Positions 1 to 7,234 of a stretch of DNA of 64,000 nucleotides are shown in pieces. A program made the position numbers and the translations under genes. Source of the stretch: Spirochaetota bacterium. GTDB lineage: Bacteria; Spirochaetota; UBA4802; UBA5550. Numbering within the stretch: the stretch's first letter is position 1; each line of letters starts with the position of its first letter. The notes beneath the pieces are model-generated. The model saw only the letters and a list, made by a program, of their open reading frames with translations, was not told the DNA's origin and made no database searches. The stretch is taken from positions 24,694-88,693 of the forward strand of contig DAONFG010000007.1 in NCBI GenBank assembly GCA_035403465.1. Reading direction: 5' to 3'.

Positions 1-357
1 CGTAAGCGATATAACAATCGGTATGATCAGGATAAACTGCCCCACCACAATCCCGGATACATTGAAGAGAAGCTCCATGTCGCCAAACGGCCCTTTTCGG
101 GTTATGAATGCGTATACAAGAAGGCCCACTACAACCGTGGGCAAAGCCAGGAGGGTATCGACAAAAGCGCGGAGATGTTTTCTTCCGGGAAACTCGTAGT
201 GCCCCATGAAAAAACCCAGCGGCAGGCCGACAAGCAGGCTGAATAAAATCGAAAGAGATGAGGCCCTGACTGTTGTGAATATTGCATCATAGGTCTCGTC
301 GTGCCCCTGGAGCAGAAGCACAAAGGCGTTTTTAAATCCTTCGTATAAGTAGTCCAT
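1..357 (-). CDS. tupB: ABC transporter permease, tungstate type (TupB-like); 5' part only, runs off the window start
   Basis: Absent from the ORF track, which lists a wrong-frame ORF at 129..371. Manual translation from ATG (revcomp of cat 355-357) gives MDYLYEGFKNAFVLLLQGHDETYDAIFTTVRASSLSILFSLLVGLPLGFFMGHYEFPGRKHLRAFVDTLLALPTVVVGLLVYAFITRKGPFG...SGIVVGQFILIIPIVISLT. It stays open to nt 1, is TM-rich, and follows a TupA-like gene on the same strand. Confidence 0.75.
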   Translation of the reverse strand, partial: MDYLYEGFKNAFVLLLQGHDETYDAIFTTVRASSLSILFSLLVGLPLGFFMGHYEFPGRKHLRAFVDTLLALPTVVVGLLVYAFITRKGPFGDMELLFNVSGIVVGQFILIIPIVISLT

Positions 358-715
358 GATAGTACCGGCATTAAAATTTATTCAATTTATAACAGTTTAT
401 GAAAAGATTTGGGCTTTGTCATACCGGCTGAAGTGAAACGTAATGCCGGTATCTCAATGAATCATCAGTTAAGCAAGACACTTATGAGTTTCATTATGAT
501 TCCGGTATTTGGCCGGCGTTATGAGAACATCCTGTTCTCTGCCGGCAGGCAAACATCGTTTTGCACCGCGTTTGGATGTTGCACGCCCTGAACGCAGCGA
601 GGAAGCACTCCTGGAGTGAAACCGGAATGACAGAGAAAGCCCTAATTCAATCGTTAAACGTTATAGTCATGTTACTGCAGTTCATTTTCCCGTCATCATC
701 ATGATTCTGACAAAT

Positions 716-740
716 GAGCCTGTACATTTCATACAGGCTC
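716..740 (-). terminator. Stem-loop downstream of tupA (9-bp stem gagcctgta/tacaggctc, 7-nt loop), weak U-tract
   Basis: Perfect 9-bp inverted repeat 716-724/732-740, 44 nt past the tupA stop. No strong T-run follows, so function as a terminator is uncertain. Confidence 0.35.
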
Positions 741-783
741 ATTGTAGTATCAGAATCCGTATTCCACGGGACACTGTAAATAA

Positions 784-1650
784 TTATTTCGCATTCGGCG
801 TAAAAAGCTGTTTCCCTTCGAGTTTAAAATCAGCGATAAGCTTTTGTGTCTTTTTGGATTTAAGCCACTTGATGTATTTTTTTGCCAGGTCGTTTTTAGC
901 CTTGTCGCATTTTTTAGGGTTAACTTCAATCGCGCTGTACTGGTTAAGAAGTGATTTGTCTCCCTCTACAAGAATAACAAGTCCAGGCTGGCCTTTGAGT
1001 GACGCTTCATATTTGATAAATGTTCCGCGGTCAGTGATGGTATAGCCGTTCTTCTCCATAGCAACCTTAATTGTTGCGAGCATTCCCTGGCCTGTTGACA
1101 TATACCATGTCTCTTTCTCCGGAACTGCTTTTACTGTATCTTTCCACAACCTCTGCTCGAGCATGTGAGTTCCAGATTTATCTCCACGACTTGTAAAAAC
1201 CGCTTTACTCTCCATGATGGCGTTCATTGCTTTTTTTACATTCTTGCCCTTGATCTTTGCAGGATCATCTTTTGGTCCGATTATGACAAAATCATTATAC
1301 ATGATCTGTGTCCTGTTCTTCCCGTAACCTTCATCCATGAACTTCTTCTCTGCTTCAGGGTCGTGAACCAGGAGAACATCTACGTTACAATCCCTGCCCA
1401 TCTGAATGGCTTTTCCTGTTCCCACTGAAACCCAGCGCCATTCTATCCCGGTTTCCTTTTCAAAATATGGCTTCAGGTAGGCAAGCAGACCGGTATCATC
1501 TGTACTTGTTGTTGTTGCCATCATTAGGACTTTTCCATCAGCAGCCTTTGTTTCTTCAGCCTTCTTCTCAGCCGAGAGCATACCAGTGGCAAATGAGAAT
1601 GAAATAATTAAAGCCAATGCAAGACTTTTAAATAACAGGTTCTTTTTCAC
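784..1650 (-). CDS. tupA: Tungstate ABC transporter substrate-binding protein (TupA family)
   Basis: ORF 784..1719. Signal peptide KSLALALIISFSFATG. The TTTSTDDTGLL motif matches the TupA TTTS anion-binding motif, and the fold looks PBP-like. I prefer the GTG start at 1650, preceded by GGAGG (tattGGAGGctgtacGTG). Confidence 0.85.
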   Translation of the reverse strand: MKKNLLFKSLALALIISFSFATGMLSAEKKAEETKAADGKVLMMATTTSTDDTGLLAYLKPYFEKETGIEWRWVSVGTGKAIQMGRDCNVDVLLVHDPEAEKKFMDEGYGKNRTQIMYNDFVIIGPKDDPAKIKGKNVKKAMNAIMESKAVFTSRGDKSGTHMLEQRLWKDTVKAVPEKETWYMSTGQGMLATIKVAMEKNGYTITDRGTFIKYEASLKGQPGLVILVEGDKSLLNQYSAIEVNPKKCDKAKNDLAKKYIKWLKSKKTQKLIADFKLEGKQLFTPNAK

Positions 1651-1898
1651 GTACAGCCTCCAATATAATAGTTTAGTTTTCCCGCAGGAATGCTTTTTAA
1701 AGTCGCCATGGTAGAGCAAAAAGCATGCTGAAGGAATTTTTGTAATTTTTTAATATAATTTGTATGATTAATATAGCAATACAATAAAATTTTTCCACTT
1801 TTAAACAAAAAATTACTGTTTCAATGTTCACCGAGTATAAATTGACAAAATTTCCCGCTTAATACAGATTGTTTAAAAATAATCCGGAAGGTAAAAAA

Positions 1899-2399
1899 AT
1901 GCTCAGAGCAATAATAGCAACATCAAAAGGCACCATAAGGCTTGACCTTTACGACGACAAGGCCCCTTTAACAGTGGCAAGTTTCGCAAACCTGGCAACC
2001 CGGGGATTCTACAACGGGCTCAAGTTTCACAGGGTAATTGCGGATTTCATGATCCAGGGTGGCTGCCCCCTGGGGACAGGAACAGGCGGTCCCGGGTATA
2101 AATTCGAGGACGAGTTCAAGCCCGAACTAAGGCACTCAAGGCCGGGTATTCTTTCAATGGCAAACGCAGGTCCGCGCACAAACGGCAGTCAGTTTTTCAT
2201 TACTCACGTGGCAACGCCATGGCTTGACGGAAAGCACACAGTGTTCGGCACAATAGTTGATGAGACTGACCAGAAAATTGTAAACAGCATTGCCCAGGGG
2301 GACCAGATAGAATCTATAACGATTGAAGGTGACACTGCCGATCTTTTCACAGCGCAGGCTGACAGGATAAGCGAGTGGAACGCCGTGCTGGATAAGTAA
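1899..2399 (+). CDS. ppiB: Peptidyl-prolyl cis-trans isomerase, cyclophilin type
   Basis: Motifs [35 protein letters not shown] and [12 protein letters not shown] at 1899 is preceded by GGAAGG; the track start at 1869 is a TTG. Confidence 0.93.
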   Translation: MLRAIIATSKGTIRLDLYDDKAPLTVASFANLATRGFYNGLKFHRVIADFMIQGGCPLGTGTGGPGYKFEDEFKPELRHSRPGILSMANAGPRTNGSQFFITHVATPWLDGKHTVFGTIVDETDQKIVNSIAQGDQIESITIEGDTADLFTAQADRISEWNAVLDK

Positions 2400-2420
2400 A
2401 GGTAAAGTGCCGGGGGCGGA

Positions 2421-4574
2421 TCACCCGCCCCTGTACTCTGCGATCAGGACAGCAAAATCATCATCTATCGAGGGGACTCCCCCTTTCAGGGCGATCCCTT
2501 CGTAAATCATGCTGCACATACCGTCCGCTGAAAGATTTATGTTATCCCGTATTATCTTGTGGAACCTGTTCTCACCGAAATCCCATGTATTATTACGCAC
2601 CTCAATCACACCGTCAGTGTAAAGCAGCAGCTTATCTCCCTTTTCGAGTTTACTGGTATTCTCCTCATAATCAGACTCCGCATAATCAACTATGATCTTT
2701 CCGCCTGAATTGACAACCTCTATGTTTCCGTCTTTACGCGCGATAAGCATGGGCGGGTGCCCGGCATTGGCCGACGTTACAACACCGGTTTCAAGGTTAA
2801 CGCAGCACATACATGCAGTAATAAAGTTATCTCCCATTTTTCCGTAAAGCATGTTACGCATCTCGACAAAAGCCTTGCCCGGGCTATTAATAAATTTTCC
2901 CCATGAATTAAGCGACATCTTGACCATTGACGAAATCATGGCAGAACCCGCCCCGTGTCCAGACACATCACAGATAAAAAGCCCCAGCTCGTTCATACCC
3001 TCCCTGTAATGTATGTCAATAAAATCGCCGCCTACCTTCATTACAGGCTCGTACCTGAACGCAATGTCAATCTGCGGCAGGTGGGGTATATGACTTGGGA
3101 GCAGCGCGGTCTGGATCTTCCTTGCAAGCTCGATATCCCTCTCCATTTCGGCCTTCTGTGACTCGATGATAGATGTTCTTTTGGCGACCATCTTTTCAAG
3201 ATTATCTTTTATGTCCGAAAGGTCCTGGTATATTACCGAATTGGCAACTGCTATGGATGCGTATGAATTCAACTTTGTGATAAATTCGAATTCCCTGTCA
3301 TTAATCCTTTTTAAATCCTTTTTCTGCGACATACAGAGGATGGCAATAAGCTCATTCCTGTGGCTCATTGGAACAATATATTCACTATCTGTTTTATCAA
3401 AAAGAGGGAGGAGCTGAAGATCTTCGGCATTCTGTTCCGTGGCCGATTCTATAAGGCTCTTTTCAATATAATCTTGTTTAAGCATTATACCCTGGAGTTC
3501 AGCTGTGATCTCCAGCAAGCACCCGGTAAAGTCTGTATAGCAGTTCATATAACCCCTGCGGCATAAGAGCTGCACCTTCTCAATATTAAGGGACTTTTTC
3601 AGCACTGATGTTAACTCAATTGCAAGCTCTTCAAGGCTCTTAAGCTGGGAGATGTCCCTGCTGAAATTATTTTCAATGTTGCCCAGGTTATAGCTGAGCC
3701 GGTTGAAGAGCAGGTTAATCAGGGGCTGTATGTGAATAAAATAAACATAGTTCAGCAGGAACCACGCAATAAAAATCAGGGAGAGCTTGAGTATGTTGAT
3801 CGAAAAAAAATATTCCCGCATCACAACAAAGATAGCCATGTTCGGCAGCATAATTATGGAAGAAAGCATAAACCAGAAAACCGAGATATGCAGGATGCTG
3901 CTTATCTCCATCACCCTATGGCGCAGTATACCGTACGTGAGTATCCCGAGGGGAATAAAAGTAAAATTTCCCAGGCTGTAAAAATCTATCCCATGCATCG
4001 CAGGAAGGTTTGTAAATGAAAGTATGGCTGACAGGAAATAAGCCAGGAAGAGATAACTGATCTTTAATCTTATGACGCTGTTTTTCTCTTTCCGGTATTT
4101 ATTTGCAAAAAGCCACATTATATATAGAGTGGCAATCAATCCGTAAATATAAAAAACTGCAAACGCCGGACCGCCCCTTGCTATACGTCCCCAGTCATAG
4201 TTATAAAACGCGTAGAAGTAGCAGTCAGTATGCACTGTCGCAGAGATGGCAATTCCTGTTAAAAAAAACACTGTGGCAATATATTTGTTCTTCTGATCGG
4301 TTACTGCCTGAAAAAAGAGAACTGAAAGGGCGGGCATAAGCACATAAAAGGTATGGACTGTTCTTTCAATACTCATCAGTATTTTTTCGTCAGTCATGAG
4401 ATAATGAAATACAAAAGCTGATGAAGGGAGAGTCCAGCTTATACAGATCAGGGCAAAAAGCATATTTTCATACTTGAGCCTGCCCCGGACAAGTGCCATT
4501 GCTGCCAGCGAGTAAGCTGTAAGCAGTGAGAGTATCGGCGGTATGATATATGGCGAGAATATTTTCATAAACAT
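2421..4574 (-). CDS. Membrane sensor protein phosphatase: N-terminal multi-TM (7TM sensor-like) domain, central GAF-like region, C-terminal PP2C/SpoIIE phosphatase
   Basis: About 8 hydrophobic helices in the first ~290 aa. The C-terminus has SpoIIE/PP2C motifs GGDFIDIHY, FICDVSGHGAGSAMISSM, NAGHPP and LLLYTDGVIE. An alternative ATG at 4568 has better spacing from AGGTG. Confidence 0.85.
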   Translation of the reverse strand: MFMKIFSPYIIPPILSLLTAYSLAAMALVRGRLKYENMLFALICISWTLPSSAFVFHYLMTDEKILMSIERTVHTFYVLMPALSVLFFQAVTDQKNKYIATVFFLTGIAISATVHTDCYFYAFYNYDWGRIARGGPAFAVFYIYGLIATLYIMWLFANKYRKEKNSVIRLKISYLFLAYFLSAILSFTNLPAMHGIDFYSLGNFTFIPLGILTYGILRHRVMEISSILHISVFWFMLSSIIMLPNMAIFVVMREYFFSINILKLSLIFIAWFLLNYVYFIHIQPLINLLFNRLSYNLGNIENNFSRDISQLKSLEELAIELTSVLKKSLNIEKVQLLCRRGYMNCYTDFTGCLLEITAELQGIMLKQDYIEKSLIESATEQNAEDLQLLPLFDKTDSEYIVPMSHRNELIAILCMSQKKDLKRINDREFEFITKLNSYASIAVANSVIYQDLSDIKDNLEKMVAKRTSIIESQKAEMERDIELARKIQTALLPSHIPHLPQIDIAFRYEPVMKVGGDFIDIHYREGMNELGLFICDVSGHGAGSAMISSMVKMSLNSWGKFINSPGKAFVEMRNMLYGKMGDNFITACMCCVNLETGVVTSANAGHPPMLIARKDGNIEVVNSGGKIIVDYAESDYEENTSKLEKGDKLLLYTDGVIEVRNNTWDFGENRFHKIIRDNINLSADGMCSMIYEGIALKGGVPSIDDDFAVLIAEYRGG

Positions 4575-4635
4575 TACACCTGTTTAATTAAATCTAAAAA
4601 TCTCCCGGAGTCAAGAAAATATCTCAAATAGTACA

Positions 4636-4675
4636 GTTAAGGATTATTCCCGCTGGACAGGGAGCAATCCTTAAC
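4636..4675 (-). terminator. Strong hairpin between yhhQ and the SpoIIE-phosphatase gene (10-bp outer stem gttaaggatt/aatccttaac plus inner tccc/ggga)
   Basis: Perfect 10-bp inverted repeat 4636-4645/4666-4675, about 10 nt after the yhhQ stop. An A/T run sits on one flank only, on the 5' side for the minus strand. Confidence 0.45.
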
Positions 4676-4684
4676 AAAAAAAGT

Positions 4685-5380
4685 TTATGAATTGAACAGC
4701 CCGGGAAAAGGATTATAACTGATCCCTTTATCGTAGGTATCGCAGCTGTCCTTTTTCTTGATCCTGCCAACTATCATATATGTGAACGGTGTGGCCATGG
4801 CCTCATAGCTCACCTTCCATACATACTGGGTTAACGTCATTGAAATAAATATTTCCACCGGGAACACGCCCCAGAACGCGATCATCATGAATATGCCAGT
4901 ATCAAAGGCCTGACCTACCAGTGTGGAACCGATTGTACGAGTCCAGAGGTACTTCCCGTTTGTGACTATCTTGAGCCTGGAGAGGATCATAGAGTTTGAA
5001 AACTCGCCGCAGAGATACGCCGCGAGCGACGCCGCAACGATGCGCGGTGTAAAGCCCAGTACTGTTTTGTACGCGGCTGCATCTGTCCAGAAGCCGGGTG
5101 CAGGGAGCTGGATAACTGACATAAACACAATTGCCATGATGAAGTTGGCGCCGAAGCCCAGCCATATCGTTATCCTGGACTTCCTGTAGCCGTAAACCTC
5201 TGTGAGTATATCACCGAAAATGTAGGTTATGGGAAATAAAAAAAGGTCTGCCGTGATTGTAAGTCCGAATACCTGTACAAGGCGGCCGGCCACGATGTTG
5301 GTTATTAACAGGCAGGTTACAAAGAGACTGGTTATTACAAGAAATGTTGCAGATACCTGCATTGAAGTTTTGTTGTTCAC
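4685..5380 (-). CDS. yhhQ: Queuosine-precursor (preQ0/preQ1) transporter, YhhQ/VUT (DUF165) family
   Basis: Shows LFPITYIFGDILTEVYGY and TRTIGSTLVGQAFDTGIF, with 6 TM helices. The track ORF runs to 5473, but its first 31 codons (MDSRLHGNDI...) come from a REP-like palindrome plus the riboswitch. GTG at 5380 lies 7 nt after AGGAG. Confidence 0.85.
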   Translation of the reverse strand: MNNKTSMQVSATFLVITSLFVTCLLITNIVAGRLVQVFGLTITADLFLFPITYIFGDILTEVYGYRKSRITIWLGFGANFIMAIVFMSVIQLPAPGFWTDAAAYKTVLGFTPRIVAASLAAYLCGEFSNSMILSRLKIVTNGKYLWTRTIGSTLVGQAFDTGIFMMIAFWGVFPVEIFISMTLTQYVWKVSYEAMATPFTYMIVGRIKKKDSCDTYDKGISYNPFPGLFNS

Positions 5381-5387
5381 TGAATTG

Positions 5388-5422
5388 CTCCTGTTTTTTA
5401 AGGCTGGTTTCCAGAGACAGCC
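5388..5422 (-). promoter_or_regulatory. preQ1-I riboswitch aptamer (translational, sequesters the Shine-Dalgarno site)
   Basis: Minus-strand RNA GGCUG-UCUCUGGAAAC-CAGCC-UUAAAAAACAGGAG. It has a 5-bp P1, an 11-nt loop starting UC and ending AAC, an A-rich tail, and loop UCUG able to pair with tail CAGG of the SD. It closely parallels the T. tengcongensis preQ1-I sequence CUGGGUCGCAGUAACCCCAGUUAACAAAACAAGG (recalled from memory). It sits directly upstream of a queuosine-precursor transporter gene. Confidence 0.8.
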
Positions 5423-5446
5423 GTTATTATGGGGGTTTCCCGGAAT

Positions 5447-5471
5447 GTCATTCCCGTGAAGACGGGAATCC
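5447..5471. repeat. REP-like palindrome gtcattcccgtgaagacgggaatcc (GNDG/SFPR-type element)
   Basis: 8-bp stem attcccgt/acgggaat with loop gaag. Related copies lie at 46320-46344 and 46457-46481 (inverted), with a half-copy at 622-633. Translation gives the spurious HGND peptide. Confidence 0.7.
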
Positions 5472-5620
5472 ATGTTGTTGAATAATTATCAACAGGCAGA
5501 TTCCAGTATTTATGACAGGAATAACATTATTAAATGGGGATGTTTACATCGGTGTGTTATCTGGCAAGTAAAATTTATCAGGCAACTGCGGCAAATCTTA
5601 AACTTTACCGCAATCAGGAA

Positions 5621-6739
5621 TCATTCCGGAGCGGGCGGAGTCTCCTCCATCCTCTTTTTCAGCTTTATCCTGCCGTGCATATCGTACTCATCCAGCAGCT
5701 TGTAGATCTCCCAGAACGAATAAAATAATGAAAGCAGTATCGGTCCTATGATCACACCAGGAAGGCTGAATGCCTGGATGCTTGCCAGCAGCAGAAAGAA
5801 AAAAATCAGCGGGTGAAAATCGAGCTTGTCACCCAGGACCTTCGGTTTCACCAGGTTTTCCAGCAGCATGTACCACGAGAAGCACCAGACCGCTGTGAAT
5901 ATAGCCATCCTGTATTGCCCTATACACGCAAGAAAAACCGCAGCAGGAATCCATATAAAGGTTGTACCAATTACCGGGATAAGCGACAGTATTGCAGCAA
6001 GGGAACCCCAGAGGAGAGGCATCTTTACCCCGGCGATGTACAGCCCCAGCCCCACCATAAACCCCTGGAGGCACATAATCATCAGGTTGCCCATCATCAG
6101 TATATATATAACCTTCTTCAGTCTCACCACTACATCCCGTTCAAGATCATCGGGCAGAGGGATTATCCTGTAAAGCGACTTGTCTATAATATGGCCATCC
6201 TTAAAAAGAAAAAACAGGATAAGCAGCATAAGCAGAAACTTGATCGCAAGTGCAATAGGAAATGAAATAATAGATGTTATGCTTGAAAAAACAGACATCG
6301 TTGTATTTTGTATGAATGATGTAATCTTCGCGGCAAGTTCACCCTGCTGTATGTTAAAGAGCACCATCAGGTCACTGACAATTTTATTCTGGTTGATCTG
6401 CCTGATAAAATCGTGGCTTAAATCAAAGTGTATCTGCGCGTAAAGTTCATATGCCTGGTCTCCAAGTATAACAAGCAGGTACATCATGGGAATAATTACA
6501 ATACAAAGAAGAAAAAGAATCACTATGGTCGCACTCAGGATCCGGATCTTGACAAGCGACAGCACCCTGTCATGCATGGGTTTGAGCACCACAAAAAAAA
6601 TCATGGAGTACAGGAAAAGCCACAGGTAGCCCCTGAATATAAAAAGCAGGAAACCTATTATTACCGCGAATATGGCAAGAAAAACAAATTTCATTGTCCT
6701 GTTCTGGTTTAACAGTTCATAGGATGCATTATCGCTCAT
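5621..6739 (-). CDS. AI-2E family transporter (PerM/YhhT, UPF0118)
   Basis: 8 TM helices. Family signature region LSLIPVIGTTFIWIPAAVFL...LENLVKPKVLGDKLDFHPLIFFFLLLASIQAFSLPGVIIGPIL. Confidence 0.85.
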   Translation of the reverse strand: MSDNASYELLNQNRTMKFVFLAIFAVIIGFLLFIFRGYLWLFLYSMIFFVVLKPMHDRVLSLVKIRILSATIVILFLLCIVIIPMMYLLVILGDQAYELYAQIHFDLSHDFIRQINQNKIVSDLMVLFNIQQGELAAKITSFIQNTTMSVFSSITSIISFPIALAIKFLLMLLILFFLFKDGHIIDKSLYRIIPLPDDLERDVVVRLKKVIYILMMGNLMIMCLQGFMVGLGLYIAGVKMPLLWGSLAAILSLIPVIGTTFIWIPAAVFLACIGQYRMAIFTAVWCFSWYMLLENLVKPKVLGDKLDFHPLIFFFLLLASIQAFSLPGVIIGPILLSLFYSFWEIYKLLDEYDMHGRIKLKKRMEETPPAPE

Positions 6740-6770
6740 TGAAATTTTACCGGGTAAGATTTATTTAAAC

Positions 6771-6804
6771 AAGGGTGCTGTCCGGGAGCAGACAGTACAC
6801 CCTT
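6771..6804 (-). terminator. Hairpin between the small ORF and the AI-2E transporter gene
   Basis: aagggtg-c-tgtc ... gacag-ta-caccctt, 12 paired positions with one bulge and an 8-nt loop. It lies 47 nt after the 6852 stop, followed by gTTTaaaTaaaTcTT on the minus strand. Confidence 0.45.
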
Positions 6805-6851
6805 ATTTATGTAATGACCTGCAAACGCATTAAAGCGTAAGCCTTAAGTTT

Positions 6852-7019
6852 TCACTCTTTAGTAAGATAGTGAGATAGATCAGCCGCCAATTTTGAAATT
6901 GCGTGATCAAGATATGACTCATCGGAAACCCGTCTCTTCAGTTCCCTGATTTTATCCGGATCTCCGGTATTGCTGCTCTTCCTTATCTCACGATCTTCCG
7001 TTTTCATGAGATTGTTCAT
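6852..7019 (-). CDS. Small hypothetical protein, 55 aa (weak FlgM-like C-terminal pattern)
   Basis: Below the track cutoff. Verified codon by codon as ATG...TGA, giving MNNLMKTEDREIRKSSNTGDPDKIRELKRRVSDESYLDHAISKLAADLSHYLTKE. GGAGG lies 6 nt upstream of the ATG. The FlgM resemblance (DKIxxLKxxVxxxxYxxDxxISKLAxxL) is only pattern-level. Confidence 0.55.
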   Translation of the reverse strand: MNNLMKTEDREIRKSSNTGDPDKIRELKRRVSDESYLDHAISKLAADLSHYLTKE

Positions 7020-7234
7020 ACAAAACCTCCACGGTCCCCGTTCCTCCCTGAACAGGTTTTTTGTGACCTGAGTAAGTAATCGTCACTTATTTTAATTTAA
7101 TAAATAACTTTTCACATTTCAAAATTAATTCACGCTTTATTCAGGGATATAAACAGCCGTTTGTTGCACTATTTTTATGCCTTAACCGCAAGAGTCCTGC
7201 CCGGTTCAAAAACGAATGATTATTGCCCCAAAAA

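Noticed and set aside
129-371. Track ORF of 80 aa on the minus strand
   Set aside because: Wrong frame. The adjacent frame starting at ATG 357 gives a clean TupB-like permease N-terminus that runs to nt 1, whereas the 80-aa product has no protein-like character.
1651-1760. Possible Moco/tungsten-cofactor riboswitch upstream of tupA
   Set aside because: Only a simple 9-bp hairpin (atgcttttt/aaaaagcat) is present. None of the conserved Moco-motif segments were recognisable, and the leader is too short.
5381-5473. N-terminal extension MDSRLHGNDIPGNPHNNGCLWKPALKNRSNS of the yhhQ ORF
   Set aside because: These codons are the translation of a REP-like palindrome and the preQ1 riboswitch. A GTG with a properly spaced AGGAG lies at 5380.
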